Notes under the pieces: model-generated | Databases searched by the model: none | Told to the model about the DNA's origin: nothing | Seen by the model: the letters and a program-made list of their open reading frames with translations, nothing else | Position numbers and translations under genes: made by a program | DNA from: Candidatus Magasanikbacteria bacterium CG10_big_fil_rev_8_21_14_0_10_36_32 | GTDB taxonomy: Bacteria > Patescibacteriota > Patescibacteriia > Magasanikbacterales > GWA2-37-8 | Length of the DNA stretch: 64,000 bases | Direction: 5' to 3' | Assembly: GCA_002778465.1 (NCBI GenBank) | Contig: PFBV01000001.1 | Location: 4,150 to 68,149, forward strand | Part shown: piece by piece, positions 47,212 through 56,715 of the stretch | How positions within the stretch are numbered: the stretch's first letter is position 1 | Layout of the letters: every line of letters begins with the position of its first letter

Positions 47212-48744
47212 TTAAATTAAACGTGGAAATAATGCTTCGGCTTGTCCGATTTTTCTGCCAACTGTCAATTGCACCCAATTTTGCAATTCGGACAGCGGTT
47301 TAGACAATTCTTTTTCAATATCTAAACCGAGTTGTTTAAATATTCTTTCCGCTGTTTCTGGCATTATTGGCCATAACATCACTGCTGAATGACGCAAAGC
47401 TTCAGCTAAATGATACAACAAATCATCTACCTTTTTTTGTTTTCCTTCTTTTGCCATCGCCCACGGTTTTTTGTCGGAAATCATTTCATCACAATAAGTT
47501 AATAATTTCCAAACTATTTCTAAAGCATGATCAAACCTCCACTTAGACATCTCTTCATTATATGCCGGCCAAATTTTATCAGATATTAAACTAATAATTT
47601 CATGATTTATTTCTTCCACTTCAGGAACAGTGTCATTGCAATATTTATTTATCATTACTATAACCCGATTAGTTAGGTTTCCTAATCCATTGGCCAAATC
47701 CGCGTTATATCGTTCTGTAAACTTTGATTCTGAATAATCCCCATCGTTATCAAAAGGAATTTCTCTCATTAAAAAATATCTCACCGCTTCTAACGGAAAT
47801 TTATTGATCAATTCCAACGGATTTACAACATTGCCGATTGATTTGCTCATTTTTTGACCATCAACAGTTATCCAACCGTGCACAGCAATTTGTTTTGGCA
47901 ATTCCAATCCGGCTGACATCAACATAGCTGGCCACAAAAGAGAATGAAAACGATTGATTTCTTTCCCGATAACATGCGTATCAGCTGGCCAGAATTTTTT
48001 AAAAAGTTTATCATTTTTTGAACCATAACCCAAAGCCGTGACATAATTAGTCAAAGCATCAAACCAAACATACATAACTTGATTATCATCATTTGGCACC
48101 GGCACGCCCCATGAAAGTTTATCTTTTGAACGTGAAATACTTATATCCTCCAATTTATTTTTTAAAATGTTAAACATCTCATTATAGCGGCTGGACGGAT
48201 AAACAAAATTTTTATTTTCATTAAACAAAAACTCTAACGGTTCCTGATATTTAGATAGACGAAAAAAATAATTTTCTTCTTCCAATAATTCCGGCTCTTT
48301 ATGATGATCTGGGCATTTTCCATCAACCAAATCTTTATCTGTTTTAAAAGATTCACAGCCGACACAATACATTCCCGAATATTTCTTTTTATAAATATCA
48401 CCATTCTCCATGGCAACTTGCCAAAATTTTTGCGCTCGTTCCAAATGACGTTTTTCAGTTGTTCGGATAAAATCATCATTAGTAATATTCCATTGGTCAG
48501 CTAAATTTTGAAATCCGGCTGATTTTTCAGCGGAAAATTCTTCTACAGAACGACCGGCTTCTTTGGCTGTTTTATACATTTTTTGTCCATGTTCATCAGA
48601 ACCAGTTAAAAAATATACCTCGCGTCCAAGTTGGCGCTGATATCGTGCCATCACATCGGCATAAAGAATTTCTAAAGCATGACCAATATGCGGCTCAGCA
48701 TTAGCATAAGGTATGGCAGTGGTGAGATAATACTTGTCTATCAT
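47212..48744 (-). CDS. metG: methionyl-tRNA synthetase
   Basis: YLTTAIPYANAEPHIGHALE (HIGH region) and KMSKS. Confidence 0.9.
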   Translation of the reverse strand: MIDKYYLTTAIPYANAEPHIGHALEILYADVMARYQRQLGREVYFLTGSDEHGQKMYKTAKEAGRSVEEFSAEKSAGFQNLADQWNITNDDFIRTTEKRHLERAQKFWQVAMENGDIYKKKYSGMYCVGCESFKTDKDLVDGKCPDHHKEPELLEEENYFFRLSKYQEPLEFLFNENKNFVYPSSRYNEMFNILKNKLEDISISRSKDKLSWGVPVPNDDNQVMYVWFDALTNYVTALGYGSKNDKLFKKFWPADTHVIGKEINRFHSLLWPAMLMSAGLELPKQIAVHGWITVDGQKMSKSIGNVVNPLELINKFPLEAVRYFLMREIPFDNDGDYSESKFTERYNADLANGLGNLTNRVIVMINKYCNDTVPEVEEINHEIISLISDKIWPAYNEEMSKWRFDHALEIVWKLLTYCDEMISDKKPWAMAKEGKQKKVDDLLYHLAEALRHSAVMLWPIMPETAERIFKQLGLDIEKELSKPLSELQNWVQLTVGRKIGQAEALFPRLI

Positions 48745-48753
48745 AAACTCGGA

Positions 48754-49437
48754 TTAATTTATTATTATTACAAACTCCCCTCTTTCATCTTTCATATTAT
48801 TCATGATTTCGTCAATTTTTCCCCTATAGATAGTCTCAAACATTTTGGTTAGTTCGCGGCAGATGACAATTTTTTTATCCGGTTTCAAAAATTCTTTCAG
48901 TTCGCCAAGACATTTTAAAATCCTATGTCCTGATTCATAAATCACCACAGTTTGTTCGGCGTTGGCTACTTCTTTAAAAAATTTCTGCCGTTTATTTTTA
49001 TGTGGTGGAAAACCCAAAAAAATAAATTTATCAGTTGGAAATCCTGAGATACTCAAAGCGGAAATTAAAGCACATGGCCCGGGAATAGGAGCAACTATCA
49101 CTTCCTTGTCATTTTTAATTAATTGTTCTATTAATAAATTTCCCGGATCACTGATACCTGGCGTACCGGCGTCAGTAATCAGTGCTATATTTTTTCCATT
49201 GTCCAAAAGAGATTCAATTTCTCGCATTTTTTTAGCTTCACTATGATGATGATAACTAATCATCGGTTTATTAATTTTATATTGATCAAGTAATTTTTTT
49301 CCAACCCGTGTATCTTCACTTAATACAAAATCCACGCTTTTTAAAGTTTCCAAAGCGCGTAAAGTAATATCGGCCATATTGCCTATTGGCGTGGCCACAA
49401 TGTATAATTTTCCTTTATTTATAGCCATATCAACCAT
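48754..49437 (-). CDS. rsmI: 16S rRNA (cytidine1402-2'-O)-methyltransferase RsmI
   Basis: Carries LYIVATPIGNMADITLRALETLKSVDFVLSEDTR. The likely start is at MVDMAINKG (49437) or 49428; the track start at 49488 is upstream. Confidence 0.8.
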   Translation of the reverse strand: MVDMAINKGKLYIVATPIGNMADITLRALETLKSVDFVLSEDTRVGKKLLDQYKINKPMISYHHHSEAKKMREIESLLDNGKNIALITDAGTPGISDPGNLLIEQLIKNDKEVIVAPIPGPCALISALSISGFPTDKFIFLGFPPHKNKRQKFFKEVANAEQTVVIYESGHRILKCLGELKEFLKPDKKIVICRELTKMFETIYRGKIDEIMNNMKDERGEFVIIIN

Positions 49438-49481
49438 ATTATTATAACAAAAATGGATATTTAAGGCAAACCTGATAACTA

Positions 49482-49510
49482 TTGACAAAACCCTTAAGGT
49501 GTGCTACAAT
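49482..49510 (+). promoter_or_regulatory. consensus sigma70 promoter TTGACA-17-TACAAT with ~115-nt leader
   Basis: A perfect -35, a 17-nt spacer and a near-consensus -10. The downstream ATG is at 49631. Confidence 0.5.
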
Positions 49511-49630
49511 GGTCTGTTGTGAGATGAAGAATTTTTTTTCATTATGTGAATAGCTCCTAATAATTTGTTCTTTAAAAAAACCAATCCCCTGTCTATCAAC
49601 CTGTTCAAATCCTAACAAGGAGGATGAGTG

Positions 49631-49930
49631 ATGAAGAAGAATGTTTTCCCGTGTCTAATGTTTCTGGGAGTCTTGTTTCTTGCAGGCTGTGTCGCCGGCC
49701 CGAATACCGCCGAACATATCGCCGCCTCAAACGGTCATGTCGCGGGTTTCGTACTCGGTTTGTGGCACGGGATGATCGCTCCGGTCACATTCGTGATGTC
49801 ACTTTTCACTGACAATGTGAATTTCTACGAAATTCACAACAACGGCGGCTGGTACAATCTCGGTTTCGTGCTGGGAGCCGGAATTCTTTTCGGCACTTGC
49901 GAAATCACCCACTCGGCACAAAAAAATTAA
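49631..49930 (+). CDS. putative lipoprotein / small membrane protein (GC-rich gene)
   Basis: A strong SD (AAGGAGG) and a signal peptide with lipobox LAGC. Its GC content is far above that of the flanks. Confidence 0.55.
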   Translation: MKKNVFPCLMFLGVLFLAGCVAGPNTAEHIAASNGHVAGFVLGLWHGMIAPVTFVMSLFTDNVNFYEIHNNGGWYNLGFVLGAGILFGTCEITHSAQKN

Positions 49931-49964
49931 TTGAAATAATTTTTTTCAACAATCAAGTTCTTTT

Positions 49965-49999
49965 GCCCTAAACGGTTTTATCTGTTTAGGGCTTTTTTT
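49965..49999 (+). terminator. terminator after lipoprotein gene
   Basis: A 9-bp stem (gccctaaac / gtttagggc) followed by T7. Confidence 0.7.
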
Positions 50000-50007
50000 A
50001 TTTTATT

Positions 50008-50036
50008 TAAAAGACCGCCATATTGGCGGTCTTTTA
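50008..50036. terminator. second (bidirectional) hairpin
   Basis: A 10-bp stem (aagaccgcca / tggcggtctt) flanked by A/T runs. It is the likely terminator for the convergent Fe-S operon. Confidence 0.6.
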
Positions 50037-50044
50037 AATAAATT

Positions 50045-50224
50045 TTACAAAGTAATCGCTTCAGTCGGACAAGCCTCAGACGCTTGTTTAATTATTTCCT
50101 GACTATCACCTTCCGGATTAATAATTTCAGCCTTGCTTTCATCGCTTAATTTAAAGGTGTTTGGAGCGATAGCGATGCAAGAACCGCAACCAAGACATTT
50201 TTCTTTATCGACTTGTAAAGCCAT
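50045..50224 (-). CDS. small ferredoxin (59 aa)
   Basis: Not in the ORF track. The translation MALQVDKEKCLGCGSCIAIAPNTF...EACPTEAITL carries the CxGCGxC...CP single-cluster ferredoxin motif. It is the last gene of the rrf2-nifS-nifU operon. Confidence 0.6.
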   Translation of the reverse strand: MALQVDKEKCLGCGSCIAIAPNTFKLSDESKAEIINPEGDSQEIIKQASEACPTEAITL

Positions 50225-50233
50225 AAATTTATA

Positions 50234-50911
50234 TTAAGATTTATTAAAATATTTTTCTTTATAAAAATGTAATAATTCTTCAACAGCAATTTTTACTTTT
50301 TCATCACTAATGCCAACTTTTAATTTTTTTTGCAAATCTTCCAGAGTTTCCGCTCCTTCCAATACGGCTTCCTCAATATCGTGATCAGTAATATTCAGTT
50401 TAGTGTCAATCACTTTCGCGCCAGCTGTGATTATTTTATCATGTTGTCCGGTTTTACGAAAGTAATCGTTAATTGCCGCTTGTAAGGCTTTGTCACCAAG
50501 AACTGAGCAATGAATTTTTCTGTCAGGCAAACCGCCTAATCGTTCCATGATATCCTGCGGGGTTATTTTTAACGCCTGTGAAATATTCATTCCGCCTTTT
50601 TCTTTAATCATTTCACTTAAAATTGAAGTAGAGGCAATAGCCGAACCACAACCAAATGTTCGCCAACGGCAATCTTTAATTTTTTCTGTTTTTGTGTCAA
50701 TAATCAACCACAAAACCATTTCGTCACCGCAAGCCGGTGAACCCACTCGTCCGACAGCATTAAATTTAAAAGTTTTTTCTTCTTCATAACGCATAAAATT
50801 CCTCGGGCTGAAAAAATGATCTTTTACAATATCAGAGTAAAGCCAGCCGTCGCCATCGTTGGAACGAACATCAATGGTTTTATTTGATTTTTTAATTATT
50901 TTTTTCGGCAT
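50234..50911 (-). CDS. Fe-S cluster assembly scaffold (NifU/IscU-like) with C-terminal extension
   Basis: The three scaffold Cys lie in GSPACGD, FGCG and a third segment. It is downstream of the cysteine desulfurase. Confidence 0.75.
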   Translation of the reverse strand: MPKKIIKKSNKTIDVRSNDGDGWLYSDIVKDHFFSPRNFMRYEEEKTFKFNAVGRVGSPACGDEMVLWLIIDTKTEKIKDCRWRTFGCGSAIASTSILSEMIKEKGGMNISQALKITPQDIMERLGGLPDRKIHCSVLGDKALQAAINDYFRKTGQHDKIITAGAKVIDTKLNITDHDIEEAVLEGAETLEDLQKKLKVGISDEKVKIAVEELLHFYKEKYFNKS

Positions 50912-50916
50912 AAAAT

Positions 50917-52173
50917 TTATTGTTTATATTTTGCGTGTTTTTCACTGGCTAAATTAATTGGACTTATTTCGCGCAATTGAGTGACAATAACCGGCAAATA
51001 TTTCATTATATAATCAACATCGGCTTTTGAATTATCGTGACCAAAAGTAAATCTCAAACTGCCATGAGCCATCTCATAAGGCAAACCCATTGCCTGCAAA
51101 ACATGTGATGGTTCCAACGAATCAGATGTGCAGGCTGAGCCAGTAGAACACATAATTCCATACTCATCCAAATACAGCAACATAGCTTCACCTTCAATAT
51201 TTTTAAAAGTAACATTTAAATTATTTGGCAAACGATTTTCTCCAATAACCGGACCATTCAACTGAATAGCCGGGACTATTTCCTGAATTTTTTTCCAAAA
51301 ATAAGAAGTCAGCTGGCGAAGGCGGATAGATTCTTTTTCCTTGTCACTTTGAACCAATTCCATGGCTTTTGCCAAACCGACAATGGCTGGAACATTTTCT
51401 GTTCCCGCTCGGCGGCCTTTTTCTTGTCCACCACCTAAAATAATCGGTTTTATGTTTACTCCGCGTCTTAAATACAGAACACCAACACCTTTGGGTCCAT
51501 ACATTTTACTGCCGTTAAAAGTCATTAAATCAACATGTAATTTTTCCACGTCTAAATCCAGATAACCGACCGCCTGACAGGCATCAGTGTGAAAAAACGG
51601 ATATGGCGTATTGTTGAGTTTGCGAAATTTTAAAATTTCTCTTCCAATGTCGGAAATTGGCTGAATACTTCCAACCTCATTATTGGCATACATTATTGTC
51701 ACCAAAATTGTATCCTTACGAATTGCTTTAACTATTGCTTCAACACTAACCACACCTTCTTGATTAACCGGCAAATAAGTAATCTCAAATCCTTCTTTTT
51801 TTAATTCTTCAAGTGGATTTAAAACAGCATGATGTTCAATGGCAATGGAAATAATATGTTTGCCTTTATTACTATGAGCGCGAGCAATTCCAAACAATGC
51901 CAAATTATCAGATTCTGATCCTCCACCGGTAAATATTATATTTTCCGGCAAAGCGTGAATTATGCCGGCAACTTTTTTCCGTGATTCAGCGACTATTTTT
52001 TGCGCTTCTCGCCCAATATTATACAAAGCCGACGGATTACCAAATTGCTCTGTAAAGTACGGTTTCATATAATCAAAAATACGCTTATCCACTGGCGTGG
52101 TGGCGGCATTATCCAAATAAATTTTCCTTATTTTTTTTGGTTTAATCAACATATTACATACAAACTCATCCAA
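50917..52173 (-). CDS. cysteine desulfurase (NifS/IscS)
   Basis: IYLDNAATTPVD, a PLP-Lys region and the active-site SGSACTS. Confidence 0.9.
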   Translation of the reverse strand: MDEFVCNMLIKPKKIRKIYLDNAATTPVDKRIFDYMKPYFTEQFGNPSALYNIGREAQKIVAESRKKVAGIIHALPENIIFTGGGSESDNLALFGIARAHSNKGKHIISIAIEHHAVLNPLEELKKEGFEITYLPVNQEGVVSVEAIVKAIRKDTILVTIMYANNEVGSIQPISDIGREILKFRKLNNTPYPFFHTDACQAVGYLDLDVEKLHVDLMTFNGSKMYGPKGVGVLYLRRGVNIKPIILGGGQEKGRRAGTENVPAIVGLAKAMELVQSDKEKESIRLRQLTSYFWKKIQEIVPAIQLNGPVIGENRLPNNLNVTFKNIEGEAMLLYLDEYGIMCSTGSACTSDSLEPSHVLQAMGLPYEMAHGSLRFTFGHDNSKADVDYIMKYLPVIVTQLREISPINLASEKHAKYKQ

Positions 52174-52575
52174 TTACAAACTGCTCAGTTTGGTTTTTTC
52201 CACCACTTTAATAATTTGATTATTTAATTTTTTCATTTTATTTTGTAAAGCGCATTGATTGCCCTTTTTTACGCAATTGAATTTTTTATCTCCACAGAAA
52301 CACGACAAAATAGCGCAAGGACCTTCAACTGTTTCAATAATATTTTTTAAACTGATTTGTTTAGCCGGCATATTTAACGCATATCCTCCACTAGCTCCTT
52401 GTCCAGCTTTAATTAAACCGCCGATTCGCAATTTGCGGGCAATTTTTTGTAAAAATAAAAATGAAATTCCGGTCATATCAGATAAATCTTTCAAACTCAA
52501 AAATTTTTCTTTGCTTTTTGCCAGAAGTTTCAAAATTTGTATTGCATAATCTGTTTCGCGTCGAATAGTCAACAT
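52174..52575 (-). CDS. Rrf2-family transcriptional regulator (IscR-like)
   Basis: An N-terminal wHTH (RETDYAIQILKLLA) with C-terminal Cys ligands (CAILSCFC...C). Confidence 0.8.
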   Translation of the reverse strand: MLTIRRETDYAIQILKLLAKSKEKFLSLKDLSDMTGISFLFLQKIARKLRIGGLIKAGQGASGGYALNMPAKQISLKNIIETVEGPCAILSCFCGDKKFNCVKKGNQCALQNKMKKLNNQIIKVVEKTKLSSL

Positions 52576-52576
52576 A

Positions 52577-53176
52577 TTAAAACGGCAAAGTTAAATTAAA
52601 ATTTTTGTTCGGGTGTTGACTGCCCCCCATTAAATTTTGTGGAAAAGAATAATCAATGGCAAATGGCAACACCTCACCTTTTAAAGTTTTATAAAACAAT
52701 TGATTGTTGTCGCGACCGAATTCGTACAATTCTTTAGTCACTTTAACATCTTGTTCACAATATTTTTTAATTTCATCAATCTTCCCTTCTCTCCACCAAC
52801 GTATCGCCTGCAAACCGTCAGCGCTTTTTTGCACATTGTCCAAAGTAGCGCCGGCCACATCACTTAATTTTAACCTGATACCTAAACTTTCTTTAATTTT
52901 TTTCAACAAATCCAAATGCGGAAGTTTTGACAAATCGCCAAGATAATAATTATTTAAAACAGGCAAATCAAAATGTTCACTGTTATAACCGATGATCCTA
53001 TCAGCTTGTTCCAAAATCGGCCAAAATTTAACCAATTCGCTTTCAGTAAAACTTTCGTAAGTATTAGTGTCGTATCTATAAACCGAAACAACAGATATTC
53101 TCAACTTCTTAAAATCATTGTCCACATCGGCGAATGTATTTTGTGTTTCCACGTCAAAAATTACTTCTTTTAGCAT
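52577..53176 (-). CDS. DEDD-family 3'-5' exonuclease (DnaQ-like)
   Basis: Exo I FDVETQ, Exo II GYNSEHFDLPVL and Exo III YCEQDVKVTKELY motifs. Confidence 0.6.
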   Translation of the reverse strand: MLKEVIFDVETQNTFADVDNDFKKLRISVVSVYRYDTNTYESFTESELVKFWPILEQADRIIGYNSEHFDLPVLNNYYLGDLSKLPHLDLLKKIKESLGIRLKLSDVAGATLDNVQKSADGLQAIRWWREGKIDEIKKYCEQDVKVTKELYEFGRDNNQLFYKTLKGEVLPFAIDYSFPQNLMGGSQHPNKNFNLTLPF

Positions 53177-53177
53177 A

Positions 53178-54314
53178 CTAATCTTGTTTAATCATACTAA
53201 TATTGTATGATATTATTTCCAAATTGTCAAGTGTGGATAAATCCAGTTGTTTTTCCAATTCCAACACATCTTGAAGCTTTGATTTGGTTTGTGGATGTTT
53301 CGCCACAAATAAACTGCAACAATCCTCATAAGGACGATTGGAGATATCCAAAGTGCCAAGTTTTCGCGCCAATTTCATAATTTCACTTTTATTCATTCCA
53401 ATCAGCGGCGCTAATTTTAACATGTCAACTGAATCGTAAATAGCGGTTAAATTTTCTAAAGTTTGCGATGCCACCTGCCCCAAACTATCGCCGGTTATTA
53501 AAGCTTGGCAATTTTCTTTTTTAGAAAGTTTTTCCGCGATTCTAAACATTAGCCGGCGAGTAATAATCATTCTGTAATCAGCCGGTATTTTCATTACTAC
53601 CTGACGCTGACATTCAGCAAACGGAGCGATGAATAATTTTATTGACGACTGATATTGCGCCAAAGTTTTGGTTAAATCGATAATTTTTAATGATACCTCA
53701 TCAGTGACCTGAGTTTGATTTTGAAAATGTACAAAAACAACTTCCGCTCCCCTTCTCATCATTTGATAAGCGGCCACAGGTGAATCAATTCCACCGGATA
53801 CAAGACACATTACTTTTCCGGCTGAACCTATCGGCAAACCACTGGCGCCTTCCTGCGGATTAATATAAACAACGGCTTTATCTTTACTTATATCTATATA
53901 TATGTTTAATTCCGGACGAGTTAAATTAACTTTCCAACCATATTTATCAATCAATAAACCACCAAGTTCACGATTTATATTGTCGGAATTAATCGGATAT
54001 TTTTTATACGAACGGCTGGCGGTAATACGAAATTCCCGGACAGATTTATCAAATTCCATTCCACTCAAACATTTTTTAATTTCATCCATTGAATTTCCAA
54101 TTACTTGACAAGGCGCCAACTTGGCAATGCCTGGAATTTTCGACAAACGTTCTAAATCATCATCCTCTAAATTTAAAATAACAAAACCGCCTTCAACTCT
54201 CTGAATAGCGGCTTTAGGAAAAAGTTCGTCTAAATTATCCGCCAAACAGCGAATAAACATCAATTGATTTTTTCCTTTTAAAAAAATTTCATCAAAATGA
54301 GTAATGACATCCAT
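53178..54314 (-). CDS. thiI: tRNA 4-thiouridine synthase ThiI
   Basis: A THUMP-like N-terminus and the PP-loop LVSGGIDSPVAAY. Confidence 0.85.
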   Translation of the reverse strand: MDVITHFDEIFLKGKNQLMFIRCLADNLDELFPKAAIQRVEGGFVILNLEDDDLERLSKIPGIAKLAPCQVIGNSMDEIKKCLSGMEFDKSVREFRITASRSYKKYPINSDNINRELGGLLIDKYGWKVNLTRPELNIYIDISKDKAVVYINPQEGASGLPIGSAGKVMCLVSGGIDSPVAAYQMMRRGAEVVFVHFQNQTQVTDEVSLKIIDLTKTLAQYQSSIKLFIAPFAECQRQVVMKIPADYRMIITRRLMFRIAEKLSKKENCQALITGDSLGQVASQTLENLTAIYDSVDMLKLAPLIGMNKSEIMKLARKLGTLDISNRPYEDCCSLFVAKHPQTKSKLQDVLELEKQLDLSTLDNLEIISYNISMIKQD

Positions 54315-54966
54315 GTGACTTATCTAAATTTATTCCTTTTTTAACAACAGCATTAAAGTCGTCGTTATATGTGCCGATTATCGGATAAACGCCATCGCAG
54401 TTGCAAAACATAATATCCCCATGGGGATTGAGTGTTAATCTTATCGGACAAGTATAATTGAGACATCTTCTTGAACAAGTCCATTTATCTTTTTTCGCCC
54501 GACCCATTGGAATAATATTATCTTCGCCTTTTAAAGTAAAACCATATTTTTTAGCGTACTTTTCCAAAACCTTACTATCTTGAAATGGTTTGTGAAATTT
54601 AGTTGTACTAATAAATACCTGCAATCTGTTCTTCTGTACAAAATCAATAAATTTTTTTCTCTCCACCTCACCAACAGACCAAGTTCCATTACTTATAGTA
54701 AATTTGATAACATTTTTAGGCACTAAATCAATAAATTTTTGATATCTGTCATAGTCGGATGAAATTTCACCGCCATAAAATCCTACGCTATTAATTTTAT
54801 TAAAATCAATGGTTAAAATAAACTTTTTAGTCTTTTCAATATCTAAAACGATTTTACTTTTCGGAGAGGCCTCATACATGCAATGAGAACAGGCAAGAGT
54901 GCACTTCAGACTTGGCATGAAACTGAAATCCACCAATCTTTCATTTTTTACTTTGATCTTTACCAT
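54292..54966 (-). CDS. radical SAM protein with extra C-terminal Cys cluster
   Basis: CTLACSHC (CxxxCxxC), FYGGEIS (a GGE-like SAM motif) and a C-terminal CSRRCLNYTCP...FCNCDG. Confidence 0.55.
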   Translation of the reverse strand: MVKIKVKNERLVDFSFMPSLKCTLACSHCMYEASPKSKIVLDIEKTKKFILTIDFNKINSVGFYGGEISSDYDRYQKFIDLVPKNVIKFTISNGTWSVGEVERKKFIDFVQKNRLQVFISTTKFHKPFQDSKVLEKYAKKYGFTLKGEDNIIPMGRAKKDKWTCSRRCLNYTCPIRLTLNPHGDIMFCNCDGVYPIIGTYNDDFNAVVKKGINLDKSHGCHYSF

Positions 54967-56211
54967 TTATTTCAATTCTTTAATCAATTTTGATAAAGCG
55001 ATAAATTTCGGTTCGGTGGCGGAACGTTCCTTGAATTCCACCACTTTCTTTTCCAAAGTTTTTGGTGAAACAATCACCCTGTAAGGCATGCCGAGTAAAT
55101 CGGCATCAGCTAATTTTTCGCCAGCCGAAACATTTATCCTGTCATCATACAAAACTTCAATTCCTTCCTTTATCAATTGTTCATAAATTTTATCAGCTTC
55201 TTTGGCAGCTTGTTCTTCTTTTCCCAAAGCGATTAAATGAACTTGGTACGGCGCCACATTTTTCGGCCAAATAATTCCTCTCTCGTCATTATATACTTCC
55301 GCCAAAGTCCCCATAATTCTTGAGGGACCGATTCCGTAACAACCCATCAAAACGGGAATTTCTTTACCCGCTTCATCTGTTACGGTGAAATCAAATGAGG
55401 AAGTAAATTTTGCGCCCAAAATAAAAATATTACCAACCTCAATCGCTTTTTTAGGTATTAAATTTTTATTTCCGCAAGCAGGACAAGTGTGCTGCTCCTT
55501 AATTATTTCTTCATTGACGGCAATACGACATTTTTCACAAAGATAAATAGTGTCTTCACCCATTTCTGATATAGTTTGAAACTCATGGGAATATTTACAA
55601 AAAGTTCCGCCTGACGCATAAGTCATAACAGTTAAATCTCCCAAACCCAGCCTGTCATATATTTTATCATAAACTTTTTGCATTTTTTCATAATAAGAAT
55701 CCAAATCTTCCTGACTGGTATGAAAAGAGTAAAGATCCTTCATTGAAAATTCACGACCACGAAGCAAACCCGATTTAGCGCGCGGTTCGTTGCGAAATTT
55801 ATTTTGAATTTGATAAACAGCTACAGGTAAATCTTGATAAGAAAAAACATGCTTTTGCACCAACGGCGTAACGATTTCCTCGTGAGTCGGATTTAACACT
55901 AATTTTGTTCCACCCTGTCCTTCTGTGCGGAATAAAATATCATTTAACGCTTCATTGCGTCCGGTTTTTATGTAATTATCTTCTTGTGTTAATGCTGGCA
56001 TTAAAATTTCATTGGCGCCGGCCGCATCCAATTCTTGTCGAATAATGTTTTGAATTTTCGTCAACACTCGTAAACCAAGCGGCAAATAATTATAAATGCC
56101 GGAAGTTTGTTTCATAATAAAACCGCCGCGTGTCAATAATTTCGCGTTAGTTGAATCAGCGTCCGCCGGAACGGTTTTACTCGTTTTACCAAACATTTGA
56201 GAAAATTTCAT
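54967..56211 (-). CDS. proS: prolyl-tRNA synthetase (short form without editing insertion)
   Basis: MKFSQMFGKTSKTVPADADSTNAKLLTRGGFI is the canonical ProRS N-terminus, followed by class II motifs. ATG at 56211; the track start is upstream. Confidence 0.85.
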   Translation of the reverse strand: MKFSQMFGKTSKTVPADADSTNAKLLTRGGFIMKQTSGIYNYLPLGLRVLTKIQNIIRQELDAAGANEILMPALTQEDNYIKTGRNEALNDILFRTEGQGGTKLVLNPTHEEIVTPLVQKHVFSYQDLPVAVYQIQNKFRNEPRAKSGLLRGREFSMKDLYSFHTSQEDLDSYYEKMQKVYDKIYDRLGLGDLTVMTYASGGTFCKYSHEFQTISEMGEDTIYLCEKCRIAVNEEIIKEQHTCPACGNKNLIPKKAIEVGNIFILGAKFTSSFDFTVTDEAGKEIPVLMGCYGIGPSRIMGTLAEVYNDERGIIWPKNVAPYQVHLIALGKEEQAAKEADKIYEQLIKEGIEVLYDDRINVSAGEKLADADLLGMPYRVIVSPKTLEKKVVEFKERSATEPKFIALSKLIKELK

Positions 56212-56270
56212 AACAAAAATTATTATAATTATTACACAATTATATCCAAAAAAACCTTTCTTGTCAAAAC

Positions 56271-56304
56271 AAAAATCCCCCAACGCAGAACGTTAGAGGA
56301 TTTT
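56271..56304 (-). terminator. terminator downstream of csp
   Basis: An imperfect aaaatcc...ggatttt stem-loop followed by a T-run on the minus strand. Confidence 0.4.
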
Positions 56305-56316
56305 GAAGAGTTGTTT

Positions 56317-56526
56317 TTATTCAGTAACAACAGTAACATTGACGGCGCGAGGACCTTTGTCGGTTTCTTCAACCTCGAAAGACACTTTTGTGCCAATTGT
56401 TAATTGTCCGAAATCAACACCTGTAAGTCCTGTTTCGTGAAAGAATACATCTTTGACACCCTCTTCAGGGGTAATAAAGCCAAAATGCTTCTCAGTCACC
56501 AAACTTTTGATAGTACCTGTTTTCAT
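56317..56526 (-). CDS. cold-shock protein (CspA family)
   Basis: MKTGTIKSLVTEKHFGFITPEEG.KDVFFHETGL is the classic CSD with RNP1/RNP2. ATG at 56526. Confidence 0.8.
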   Translation of the reverse strand: MKTGTIKSLVTEKHFGFITPEEGVKDVFFHETGLTGVDFGQLTIGTKVSFEVEETDKGPRAVNVTVVTE

Positions 56527-56715
56527 GTGATAGAAATGTAGTGAGTAAAGATACAAAAGTAGATCATTACGGAAATCCGACTACATTTCCACCTGAAATA
56601 TTTTGTTTGATCATTATAACATATTTTAACAGTTTTGTCAACCCCGCGCCTAAATTAACAAAACCCCACACTTTCGTATGGGGTTGAATTTTTACAAAGA
56701 ACAAAATAAAACTAA

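Noticed and set aside
10858-54966. Idea that the LigB/MEMO-like gene (10858) and the radical-SAM gene (54292) form an AmmeMemoRadiSam system.
   Set aside because: The genes are 43 kb apart, no AMMECR1 partner was seen, and the radical-SAM protein is too small for that family.
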